Source of the DNA: a virus
Virus record (IMG/VR): IMGVR_UViG_3300028610_000244
Span: 1-64,000 of that record
Length of the DNA stretch: 64,000 nt
Direction: 5' to 3' (one strand)
How positions within the stretch are numbered: the stretch's first letter is position 1; each line of letters opens with the position of its first letter. The position numbers were made by a program, and so were the translations under genes. The notes beneath the pieces were generated by a model. That model had not been told where the DNA came from. It searched no databases and worked only from the letters and a program-made list of their open reading frames with translations. Positions 10,163-18,723 of this stretch are shown piece by piece.

Positions 10163-10710
10163 TTATCGGATGTTGTATTGGTTTGAACGAATGGCAAGGC
10201 TCCAGGGTTTGAAATCGTTTGAAAAATTTTGAGATTTGAAAAGCTCTTGGCTTGAGGACGTGCGGGTAGGAGCGGCCCGTCCGATAATAGCATGGGGAAA
10301 GGCCCCGTCCCAGCGGTTATTATCGGACGTTGATGCACGATTTTCGCAGCACAATGCACGATGTTATCGGACGTCAGGCAGCACAGGTTATCGGACCAAG
10401 GCAGGGCGGCTCACGTTATCGGACGTAGGTTATCGGACGTCGTTATTATCGGACCACACCACGTCCGATAACTGAGCGTGACATAACAGGGATTATCGGA
10501 CCAACGTTATCGGACCTCTCTAGGCTCTAGTCCGATAATAAAATCCGGGCTCAACAAACGTCCGATAAGAAGCACGTCCGATAATGTTACGAGGTGCTAC
10601 TGAGTGACGTCCGATAACATATCTGGCGATCAGATACGCATGGTCCGATAATGTTTGCGTGTGCATAGGGAGGAGGTCCGATAATCCGGGGCAGAATTAT
10701 CGGACCGATG
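10163..10710. repeat. array of TTATCGGAC 9-mers in both orientations (left array)
   Basis: About 18 copies by eye (e.g. 10320, 10364, 10388, 10416, 10430, 10446, 10493, 10507; reverse at 10463, 10530, 10560, 10576, 10609, 10643, 10676); no credible ORF. Confidence 0.92.
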
Positions 10711-10754
10711 AGATGATAAGCTGGTAGGTTAAGCCAGCGGTAGGTTATAGGACG

Positions 10755-11999
10755 TCAATAGTATTCGCGTCGGTTGCCGTCCGCGTCGTATCCGTTAGCG
10801 TCAAGCCGGACAACGTCGGACATTGCATAGATTGCCGTATCGTCCGGCAACTGGTTTGCGGCAAACGTGTAAAGGATTGCCGCGAATAATTCCGCGTCGG
10901 TTGTATCGCCTTGCCAATTCTTGCCGATGCTGTTTTCATCGGTTGCATTGTCGGCGAATTCGATATCGTTCGCAAGATCGGCGTCGGCATAGACGACAAC
11001 ATTATAAATATTCAAGTGACTAATTACGTCGGCATTTGCGGCAAGCCAATTTAGTGTCCGGCTATATGTCTCTTGCGTTTCATCAGGCAAACCGATTAGA
11101 ATGTTAGGTATTAGCTTGACATTGCATCGCCTAAGCTTTTCGGTTGCCGCGTCGATTGTCTTTTCCGATGCTGGCTTGTGCATCGCGGCAAGTATAGCGT
11201 CGTTATATGTCTCTATTCCCAATTCGACATAACGAATTCCAGACGCGGACAAAAAATCATCGTCAAGTTTTAGCAATTGTGTTGCTGTAGTCTGCACAAT
11301 AAATCCGTCGAATCCGTCCATGTTGTCAACAAAGTATTGAGACAATAGCGGCAACAACCAAAAATTCTCACATTGTCCGAACGTCTTATCGTTTATGTAG
11401 ACAAGCGGACTATTTAGCCGGGCTATTTCGTCCGCTTGCTGATAGACGTCGGCGATTGACGTCTTGACTACGTCGTTCGGCTGTATACAGAATCGGCACT
11501 TGTGCCCGCAACCAGTAGACAACGTCAATCTTGCAATCGTTTTGGCACCAACAAAACTGGAATAGTCAATACCCGTCCGATAATCAGTGCCGAGCTTATC
11601 GCAGCAATCCCGCACAGAATCGCACCAAATAACGTTCGGTAGGTCCGATAAGTTTTCCCGGTCACAATATCCGCCGACAATCACCTTGCCGCTAAAACCG
11701 TCGGCAATCGTTCGGATTAAATGCCAATTGCAATCCAAAGCGGAAAATGCAAGGATATCATAGTCGGCCTGTTTGGCTTGTACGTCGGCGATTGACCGGG
11801 CAAACGTTGTCCGTGCATCGGGAAAATTGCGTTTCATTTCCGCTTGCCAAACAGGAATTTCCCAGACAGGACCGAGGCGATTATATCCCGGCAACGTCCG
11901 ATAAAGTTTATCGTAATATTCGGTTGCCTGTTTGTTCTCGTTTCGGTTTAGCAATCCGCTATAAAATTGCACCAACAGAATTTTCGGTCTTGTTCTCAT
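10755..11999 (-). CDS. radical SAM protein (B12-binding/class B-like architecture)
   Basis: STGCGHKCRFC (CxxxCxxC), YINDKTF, ELGIET, ILIGLPDET, upstream IVGG; start at MRTRPK after the conserved leader. Confidence 0.88.
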   Translation of the reverse strand: MRTRPKILLVQFYSGLLNRNENKQATEYYDKLYRTLPGYNRLGPVWEIPVWQAEMKRNFPDARTTFARSIADVQAKQADYDILAFSALDCNWHLIRTIADGFSGKVIVGGYCDRENLSDLPNVIWCDSVRDCCDKLGTDYRTGIDYSSFVGAKTIARLTLSTGCGHKCRFCIQPNDVVKTSIADVYQQADEIARLNSPLVYINDKTFGQCENFWLLPLLSQYFVDNMDGFDGFIVQTTATQLLKLDDDFLSASGIRYVELGIETYNDAILAAMHKPASEKTIDAATEKLRRCNVKLIPNILIGLPDETQETYSRTLNWLAANADVISHLNIYNVVVYADADLANDIEFADNATDENSIGKNWQGDTTDAELFAAILYTFAANQLPDDTAIYAMSDVVRLDANGYDADGNRREYY

Positions 12000-12429
12000 T
12001 TCTCTTGTCCCCGTTTTGCTCTTGTTCGGTTTACGTTTTGCGTTATGGCGTCCGTCTGGTCTCGTGTTGGACATTCACAAGACGCCATAACACAAACGGT
12101 AAACTTGTGGGGACAAGTTAGCTATTCTTGTCTGCCGGTTTGCGTTTGTTTCCTTTTGCCGTCAATCCGTTTTGGTTTTTCGCCGTTATGTTTCCGTATC
12201 CGTCTTTTGTTGCATTTGCCGCGTCGAAATTTCTGTTTTGCTTGTCCATTTTGGTTTGTCCCCGTAAATTGTTTCGGTTTGCTAAGCTAACAAAGTGCGA
12301 CGTATGCCGCAATACTGATAATAATTACCGGATACCATTTTGTTTTCCAAGCTTTATACTTTTCGATTAGAGTATACATTTTTGTTTTCCCCGTTTGTTC
12401 TTGCCGTTTGCTTGTCCCTCACTACTTAA

Positions 12430-12457
12430 AGTATACACTATATCCGGCAAGATGCAA
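12430..12457 (-). promoter_or_regulatory. phage repeated promoter (TTTGCAT class)
   Basis: TTGCAT-16nt-TATACTTTAAG with AT-rich upstream element. Confidence 0.8.
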
Positions 12458-12471
12458 ATAGAAAATAAAAT

Positions 12472-13104
12472 TTATTCTTGCATAAAGGCAAAACAAGGCG
12501 TTTCACAAAAGATCGACCTGTATACCGACACAAAGCTTTTCGGATTCTTGCCGGATTCTCGCCGTATCGCATACCATAGTAAAGCCTGATAATTTGCTGG
12601 CTTTAAGCCTTGCCGTTTGGCGTCGGCCTGTATTCGCTTTTCTAGTCGGTTGTATAGCCTTGCCGTCAATTTCTTTTCTGGTATGCCATACGCTTGCAAA
12701 ATCCATGTGTCAATTGTGACCGCGTCAAGATTGCCTTTTAGATTCTCGGCAAACCGCGAAACCTTGGGACCGCTTATCGGACGTCCTTGTAGCGACCGAA
12801 TAACGTTTGTTAAATGTGCGGGCATACACTTAGCCAACAGATCGGCGAAACGGTCCGGGTTTAGTTTCCTGTCGATATACGCTTGCAATAGCCTTGCCGA
12901 TTGACGCCAATTGCGTTTGACGGATTGACGCGGCGATGTTGACGCCAAAATGTCAACAAACAGACGCCAATTGTCCCCGTATAATTCTTGTATCAAGTTT
13001 TTGGCGTCTGTATACCATTGCAAGGCTTTTCTATCCGCGACGTCTGGCTTGACGCGGCAGCGTAGTCTTATGTTATCGGACGTCGTTTTCGTTTTGGTTC
13101 TCAT
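12472..13104 (-). CDS. HhH DNA-glycosylase-fold-like phage protein
   Basis: WY...LASTSPRQSVKRN, GPKVSRFAENL, VTIDTW, QALLW pattern; start at MRTKTK after the conserved leader. Confidence 0.55.
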   Translation of the reverse strand: MRTKTKTTSDNIRLRCRVKPDVADRKALQWYTDAKNLIQELYGDNWRLFVDILASTSPRQSVKRNWRQSARLLQAYIDRKLNPDRFADLLAKCMPAHLTNVIRSLQGRPISGPKVSRFAENLKGNLDAVTIDTWILQAYGIPEKKLTARLYNRLEKRIQADAKRQGLKPANYQALLWYAIRRESGKNPKSFVSVYRSIFCETPCFAFMQE

Positions 13105-13372
13105 TGTCGTTTGTCCCCGTCCCCGTTTTGTCGTCGAAATGTTGCTGTATTGTGTCCCAAAGATTTTCGAGAAATTCGTTTTTGTCCGCGTCGTATTGCT
13201 CGTAACCGTTATCGGACCCGTGTTCGACGTCTGGATATAGCGGCAAAATCTCGGCATTATAGCGTTTGTACTCATCGGCCAAAAATGCCATTAAATCGGA
13301 TTGACGTTTTCCCTTGTTTGTATGGTCAATTGGATTGCCGAGTTTAACATCGGCGTAGTTTTTGTCAGACAT
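13073..13372 (-). CDS. hypothetical acidic protein
   Basis: Island ORF; shares the island codon bias. Confidence 0.6.
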   Translation of the reverse strand: MSDKNYADVKLGNPIDHTNKGKRQSDLMAFLADEYKRYNAEILPLYPDVEHGSDNGYEQYDADKNEFLENLWDTIQQHFDDKTGTGTNDNENQNENDVR

Positions 13373-13382
13373 TATCGGCCCC

Positions 13383-13532
13383 TTAATTGTCCTGCATTAC
13401 ACGAATTGCATCGGCAAAATTCTTTTCGGTTTGCTGGCTTACTTTGTTGGCGAATTTGACCGCTTGCGATACCAAAACCAGATAAAAAATTACAATCAAC
13501 ATGCCGCCGATTAGATAAGATTTAATGCTCAT
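13383..13532 (-). CDS. small single-TM protein
   Basis: MSIKSYLIGGMLIVIFYLVLV hydrophobic stretch; follows promoter and conserved leader. Confidence 0.6.
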   Translation of the reverse strand: MSIKSYLIGGMLIVIFYLVLVSQAVKFANKVSQQTEKNFADAIRVMQDN

Positions 13533-13584
13533 TTTTCTTGTCCCCGTTTTGCTCTTGTTCGTTTGCTTGTCCCTCACTACTTAA

Positions 13585-13612
13585 AGTATACGCTATAATT
13601 CCGCCGATGCAA
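13585..13612 (-). promoter_or_regulatory. phage repeated promoter (TTTGCAT class)
   Basis: TTGCAT-16nt-TATACTTTAAG. Confidence 0.8.
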
Positions 13613-13615
13613 ATT

Positions 13616-13789
13616 TTATTTCCAAGGAAATAATCTTTTTTCGTGTTTCTTCCATGCAAACAACAAAGCAAACCTTTTCCGGCTAAAATCGGTTTGTGGT
13701 GAAACACCTAAACTTTCTATATCGGTGCCGAGTTGCCTGATTCTCTTGTCTATTCTTGCCGCTATTTTTTCCGCTTTCTTGATTCTCAT
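13616..13789 (-). CDS. small basic protein (57 aa, not in ORF track)
   Basis: MRIKKAEKIAARIDKR... directly follows the conserved ACGGGGACAAGAAAA leader. Confidence 0.55.
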   Translation of the reverse strand: MRIKKAEKIAARIDKRIRQLGTDIESLGVSPQTDFSRKRFALLFAWKKHEKRLFPWK

Positions 13790-13982
13790 TTTTCTTGTCC
13801 CCGTTTTGCTTTACTTAAATATTCCGGCACTGGCTTTTGAATTCCGCAATTTTGTTGGCTTTGTGGTACGCAAAATCCGCATTGCATCGGCAAAACCTTT
13901 TGCAGAGCTGGTAGATTTTGACGAACCACATGTTAGCAGCATCGACAACAAGCTTTTCTTACGTCCCATAATATCCTCCGCA

Positions 13983-14312
13983 CTATATGTTTTCCGTTAT
14001 GCAAATAGAATCTGGCATAATTACGCAATTCTCGGCATAAAATTTGACTTGATCGGCAGCGTCCGATAATGTTTCAAACGTGTGCGTTTCCGCTTGTCCA
14101 TTTACTGCAATAATCAATTCGTATGTTTTCCGCCGTTTTAATGGTATGGTCAATCGGCGTTTTGATTCGCAAGCCAATACTTTCAGACGTCCGCCGTGCA
14201 TTTTCTCAAAACGTCCGATAACTGTTATCGGGTCTTTTTCCCTTGTGCAATATGTTGTTGTGCCGGTCGTTCGGCGTTTGTCGTTTCTCTCATAATCTAT
14301 TTTGTATCTCAT
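13983..14312 (-). CDS. hypothetical protein (first gene of the island)
   Basis: Follows promoter 14355-14382 and the conserved leader. Confidence 0.65.
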   Translation of the reverse strand: MRYKIDYERNDKRRTTGTTTYCTREKDPITVIGRFEKMHGGRLKVLACESKRRLTIPLKRRKTYELIIAVNGQAETHTFETLSDAADQVKFYAENCVIMPDSICITENI

Positions 14313-14354
14313 TTGCCTTGTCCCCGTTTTGCTCTTGTTCGTTTCACTACTGAA

Positions 14355-14382
14355 AGTATACGCTACAATTCAGCCGATGCAA
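14355..14382 (-). promoter_or_regulatory. phage repeated promoter (TTTGCAT class)
   Basis: TTGCAT-16nt-TATACTTTCAG. Confidence 0.78.
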
Positions 14383-14470
14383 ATAGAAAATAAAATTTAT
14401 TTTGCGTTTGGCGTCGGCGGTTTTGTGTCGTATGCTTTGCGTATACGATGATATTTTGTGGACGCTTTAC

Positions 14471-14918
14471 GTCCGATAATAATCGGCGGGCTTTTTCCCG
14501 CGACGTCCGATAAGGACCACGTCCGATAAGGAGGGCGGTCTACCTACTCGGAATTCGTCCGATAACGGCACGAGGTCCAGGTCCGATAAAAAATATATTA
14601 TCGGCGGAACTGCCGGGTCCGATAAGTGTCTAAAGTAATGGCACTGGAGGCAAAAGCATGTGACTTATCGGCGTGGTCCGATAATATCGAGATCGCGGAA
14701 TTCTGCGGCGGCGGTTATTATCGGACGAGGCCAATAATGTCGCGGGTTCTGCGTCGTGAGGCCAGGGATTACCGGACGTGTCCGATAATATCGAAACTGG
14801 TCTCTGAACCGGAATTGGATATTATCGGCAGCGTCCGGTAATGTGTCCAGGCTGGTTATCGGACGCTGTGGAGAAAATCAGTTATCGGACGTGTGGGAGC
14901 TGGTTAGTTTTATCGGAC
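14471..14918. repeat. array of TTATCGGAC 9-mers in both orientations (right array)
   Basis: About 12 perfect plus about 5 near-perfect copies by eye; non-coding. Confidence 0.92.
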
Positions 14919-14926
14919 CAAAGGTC

Positions 14927-15063
14927 CAACCCACCGTTTACTTTTGGGCACGAAAAAGGCAACCCACCGTTTAGTTTTGGTCGAAAAAGGCAACCCACCC
15001 TTTGATTTTTGCCTCGAAAAAGGCAACCCACCGTTCATTTATTTTCCTTGAGTCCAACCCACC
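14927..15063 (+). repeat. five phased CAACCCACC direct repeats (iteron-like)
   Basis: Copies at 14927, 14960, 14991, 15024, 15055 (spacing 33/31/33/31) separated by A/T tracts; AT-rich stretch follows at about 15280-15520. Confidence 0.88.
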
Positions 15064-15555
15064 CTTTGTTTCAAGGTAATGTCACTAGGCCCCAGGTCAA
15101 GCAAATGTCACTCTATATGTCACCACCTTCGCCCAGGATTCAAGTGCTCTGAGTTTTTGAGACAGCGGCCAAAGTATAGGGCGGCGGGAGATTTCGACCC
15201 TCTTTGTCATGCCCTCGGACAATGCCCAGGAAAGTTGCTGGCACCGGCCATAAGTTGTAAAAGGTGTCGATGAGTAAGTCCTGGTTATTACTACCCTTAG
15301 TATTCTTTTCATATTATACATATTAAATTTATAGTTTGAGTCTAAAGAAATTTGACTATCTGTGACGTCCTGGGTATGAGAAATGTTAAGAATATGGTGA
15401 AACACTATGTTCTTCATGTTATTAAACCTAAGCCCAATGTCACTCAACACTTGTATGGTAGCACCTTTTACCAGTTCAAAACCGTATGAATATGTTCCTG
15501 AATATCTAACTCTAGTCCTCATAGTGACTTGCTCCCAGACGTCGCCAACAACTTT

Positions 15556-16191
15556 TTAATAGTAATTCTCCATCACAGTTGCCTCTCCGGCTGCGTTTCC
15601 TGCCACCATCACGAGCCGCTGTTGTCTCCAAGACCGTCGCTCTTTTCTGTTTTCTTGCCTCGCCAAGACTTTTTCACTCCGTTTCCATGCAGCCTCGACG
15701 TCACCGGCTCGGGCATACCACACCCGACCAGACACCGGATAGCTCCAGTACCATGCCTCAGTTTGGTGCCGTAAAGCGTACCCTTTTTCGACCCTGTACG
15801 CAATCATTTCGCCCATTGTTTTACCCTGTTCCTGCACCAATTCCAGGGCCTTAATTGAGATGCCCAGCTCGGTCAAGACGCCAGAACATTTCAACGCAGT
15901 CACGACTCGGCTACGGTCGCTGTAAGGCATGTAGTATTTCCCACAGACCCCACACATCCGGCATACCCGCATACCCGCAGACACTCCGGCCAGCTTCTCG
16001 GCAGCAGTGAGTATCCGCTTGCATCCGTGTGGCATGTCACGCTTTCTCGGCACTCGTCGCTTCACTACGGCCTCACCGTGTCGCGGTATCCTGTTGCCGT
16101 TAGGCTCCTCGTAGTCGGTCCCAGGCGTGAATCCAACCCTCTTGGTGAATACAAATGGCTCCTTGCTCTCCTTAAACCTTATCCACCACAT
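15556..16191 (-). CDS. hypothetical basic protein with CxxCxxC
   Basis: Last ORF of the accessory operon; GGAGG RBS. Confidence 0.6.
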   Translation of the reverse strand: MWWIRFKESKEPFVFTKRVGFTPGTDYEEPNGNRIPRHGEAVVKRRVPRKRDMPHGCKRILTAAEKLAGVSAGMRVCRMCGVCGKYYMPYSDRSRVVTALKCSGVLTELGISIKALELVQEQGKTMGEMIAYRVEKGYALRHQTEAWYWSYPVSGRVWYARAGDVEAAWKRSEKVLARQENRKERRSWRQQRLVMVAGNAAGEATVMENYY

Positions 16192-16511
16192 GTCACGACC
16201 TCCGCACCCAGTTTAACGAACGCTGAAACAGTCCTGTCCTCGATCACGGCCTCCAGCTCCGATTCCTCACAGAATATCTTGACACCGCCACAGGAGTCAC
16301 CGTACAGCCGCAGATAGACCATGCCAAGCAAGAACTTATCCAGTGTCCAGATGTGAACCTCGTCGGCGTCAACGATCAGACGGGCAAACTCCGGGTACTC
16401 ACACAGAGCGTTCACGGGCAACGCAACCGTGTGCCCCGCCTTCCGCAACGCAGCAACCGCAGCAGCCTGTTCCTTATAGGCGTCACTGTTTCCGATATGC
16501 ACTATCTTCAT
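16179..16511 (-). CDS. nucleoside-deoxyribosyltransferase/TIR-like fold protein (paralog A)
   Basis: MKIVHIG...LRKAGHTV...RLIVDADEVH...FLLGMVY. Confidence 0.45.
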   Translation of the reverse strand: MKIVHIGNSDAYKEQAAAVAALRKAGHTVALPVNALCEYPEFARLIVDADEVHIWTLDKFLLGMVYLRLYGDSCGGVKIFCEESELEAVIEDRTVSAFVKLGAEVVTCGG

Positions 16512-17116
16512 TTCCGGCACCTCACACACCAGCCTTTGTCGCTGAGTATATTTCTGCCGCACTTCTCACACTGATATATTCCATTACCGGCACCGTGAGG
16601 GTCAGCCTTCGCCTCGATCCTGACCGCATCATCTTTCGATAACTCTTTCAACGCGATCCGGTACTTCTCTTTGAGCCTAATCTGATCCCGCAACGGCAAA
16701 TACTTCTGCCGGCGATGACTGAGGTTGTGTTCGATGTCACGGTACTTCACCCGCAACGCCATAGGATTCGCCCGGACCCGCTTATAGTACGCGGTCAGCT
16801 CCTCACCCTTCTGCTTCGTGACAGCCAGGACAGCCGTGACCAAATCAGGATGAATCCCGACCCGCAGCAGGTCCGTCACTGTCACGAGGGTATCCTCCAG
16901 GATGTCATGGAGCACAGCCACGATTCGCTCTTCAAGCTCATGCAGCTCAAACGCATCCATGACCGCGAAAGGATGCAGTATGTAAGGCATACCGATCTTA
17001 TCAAGTTGGCCGTCATGGGCGTCAACCGCAATCTTGATAGCAATCATCAGTTGATCCTTCAACCCAGCGTCACCGCCCTGCGTTCTCCTGCATTCGTACT
17101 CGCTTATTGTACCCAT
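16508..17116 (-). CDS. RelA/SpoT-type HD hydrolase (small alarmone hydrolase-like)
   Basis: AHDGQLDKIGMPYILHP, AVLHDILEDT, VK..DIEHN; C-terminal zinc ribbon. Confidence 0.85.
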   Translation of the reverse strand: MGTISEYECRRTQGGDAGLKDQLMIAIKIAVDAHDGQLDKIGMPYILHPFAVMDAFELHELEERIVAVLHDILEDTLVTVTDLLRVGIHPDLVTAVLAVTKQKGEELTAYYKRVRANPMALRVKYRDIEHNLSHRRQKYLPLRDQIRLKEKYRIALKELSKDDAVRIEAKADPHGAGNGIYQCEKCGRNILSDKGWCVRCRK

Positions 17117-17559
17117 GATGTCACCGCCTCCCAATTGTTGCTCAGAATCCAAACAAACTCGGTAACGATGACGCCGAGCACGAAGCTACAGAACGCCCAG
17201 AAGCCACAATCGCAAGCAGGAGCAGGAGCAGGCGGAGACTCAATAATGCACATCGCCTTCGGCAAGGCACGAGTACATCCCGGCCACGTCGCAGGCCCTT
17301 CTCCGAAATCAACACCTTGAGCAGGTTTAACTCGCTGTACAGGGAACCGTGCGGGTTCGTAAGGTGTATCTACCTGAACATCGCCGTTAGGGAGCATTCG
17401 TGCTGTCAACTGACCAGCCATGTACTCGCTAAGGTCATGCAGTGAAGCGATATGCCGGCCCATAGCCAGGAACTGTTCTGACCCAGGAACGCAGCCCACC
17501 TTCTTAACCAGCAGCCACTCATCAATCACGCCTTTACTGACAACCACTCGTCTTATCAT
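17104..17559 (-). CDS. hypothetical protein with C-terminal TM helix
   Basis: Coupled ORF; hydrophobic C-terminus. Confidence 0.55.
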   Translation of the reverse strand: MIRRVVVSKGVIDEWLLVKKVGCVPGSEQFLAMGRHIASLHDLSEYMAGQLTARMLPNGDVQVDTPYEPARFPVQRVKPAQGVDFGEGPATWPGCTRALPKAMCIIESPPAPAPACDCGFWAFCSFVLGVIVTEFVWILSNNWEAVTSWVQ

Positions 17560-17769
17560 GGTTGCACCTCGACATCAAAGTCGCCGGCACGGTTCTCAAC
17601 AGCCACTAGATCGCTGGGAGCACACTTCATACTCCGGGCCGCGATTAACCGAGCCATAGCCGCCTCTTGCGTATCACCAGGAGCGACTCCAGACATGTGA
17701 CTCACGGACAGCATCTGCTTCACAACCAATTTCTTTACAATCATAATTTCTCCTCGCAGTACATATATC

Positions 17770-17798
17770 ATTATACCAGACGGACAGCCTGGTGTCAA
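17770..17798 (-). promoter_or_regulatory. consensus sigma70 promoter
   Basis: TTGACA-17nt-TATAAT. Confidence 0.85.
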
Positions 17799-17803
17799 GT
17801 AAA

Positions 17804-18364
17804 TTACTGCCTCCGCCCACTAAATGCACATATCTTGCATCCTTCTGTATACAGGCACGCTTTACAGACAGCACAGCCGCAGCCTCCACAGGTGAACAGC
17901 TCCTGCTTCGCCATGCACGAGACGCAACGCTTGTTAGTGTCCGGCGTGCCCTGCTCGGCTACAAACTTGTCACGGTGCCTGAGCATGAATTCCTTCTCGC
18001 ATTCAGGTTTGAAATGAAACAGCTCAACAGCCACCTGATAGTGTAGATAGATTGCCAGATTCTTCACACCACGGTCCGGGTGATGATACGCCAGCACCGC
18101 GAACGAATCCGCCAAATGATGCACGTAATGCACGGGCAGATATTCGGCCTCATCCATTGCCGCATCAATCACGTCGGATGTCATCTCGATATCCTTCATG
18201 TATGACTGCTTCGCCGGGTCCGCGTTGATCTGGCACTGAGCCCGCAGCCATCGCACACATTTCTTAACCGCCACAGTGTTTTGGTCCGGTGCTCGAAAGC
18301 CCGACAACAGAATCGACTGCATCTTGCAGCCCACGTCACGTACCCATTCTTGTAGCACAAACAT
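17804..18364 (-). CDS. hypothetical protein with Cys-rich C-terminal zinc finger
   Basis: CxxC...CxxC...CxxC...CxxC tail. Confidence 0.65.
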   Translation of the reverse strand: MFVLQEWVRDVGCKMQSILLSGFRAPDQNTVAVKKCVRWLRAQCQINADPAKQSYMKDIEMTSDVIDAAMDEAEYLPVHYVHHLADSFAVLAYHHPDRGVKNLAIYLHYQVAVELFHFKPECEKEFMLRHRDKFVAEQGTPDTNKRCVSCMAKQELFTCGGCGCAVCKACLYTEGCKICAFSGRRQ

Positions 18365-18723
18365 TATAGCGTCCCCTGATTGTCTTTAATGTATTCACGT
18401 ATGTCACGCAGTCTCAGCAGGCTCACGATCTCCCGCTGTCCGCTAAAGGTTTCCAGGCACCAGAACGGGGCGACCCGGCGGATTCGGTATGCTCTCCCGG
18501 TTGGGCCGTTCCAATGATACCGGCCACGGCGTCTACGAAGCACAACGACAGCCTTGCAGCCGCTCATCGCAACGTGTGTCACTGACTCGCTCTTCAACGG
18601 ACAGTCAAAGTGATGCTCAAGCCGGGACATCCAGCCCTTTGCACCGCAACAGGCACAGAAGCCAGCCTGATGTCCGCCGTGGTCGCTAGTGGTAATCAAC
18701 ATCTCTTGCCTGCTTCGCATCAT
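18364..18723 (-). CDS. CxxC-HxxxC zinc-finger paralog 1
   Basis: CACC...HHFDCPL; HWNGPTGRAY. Confidence 0.65.
   Translation of the reverse strand: MMRSRQEMLITTSDHGGHQAGFCACCGAKGWMSRLEHHFDCPLKSESVTHVAMSGCKAVVVLRRRRGRYHWNGPTGRAYRIRRVAPFWCLETFSGQREIVSLLRLRDIREYIKDNQGTL

Noticed and set aside
10153-10475. Short ORFs over the left repeat array
   Set aside because: Their translations just echo the DNA repeat (SDN/YRT/LSD).
10745-14460. The island as an inserted mobile element or foreign prophage
   Set aside because: There is no integrase or transposase, and it uses the same TTTGCAT/TATACTTTAAG promoter as the rest of the genome.
10163-14918. TTATCGGAC arrays as CRISPR arrays
   Set aside because: The repeat is only 9 bp, occurs in both orientations at irregular spacing and inside genes; there are no cas genes in the window.
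15097-15522. 141-aa minus-strand ORF
   Set aside because: It spans the AT-rich putative origin zone with atypical composition and no motifs; it cannot be excluded but is not supported.
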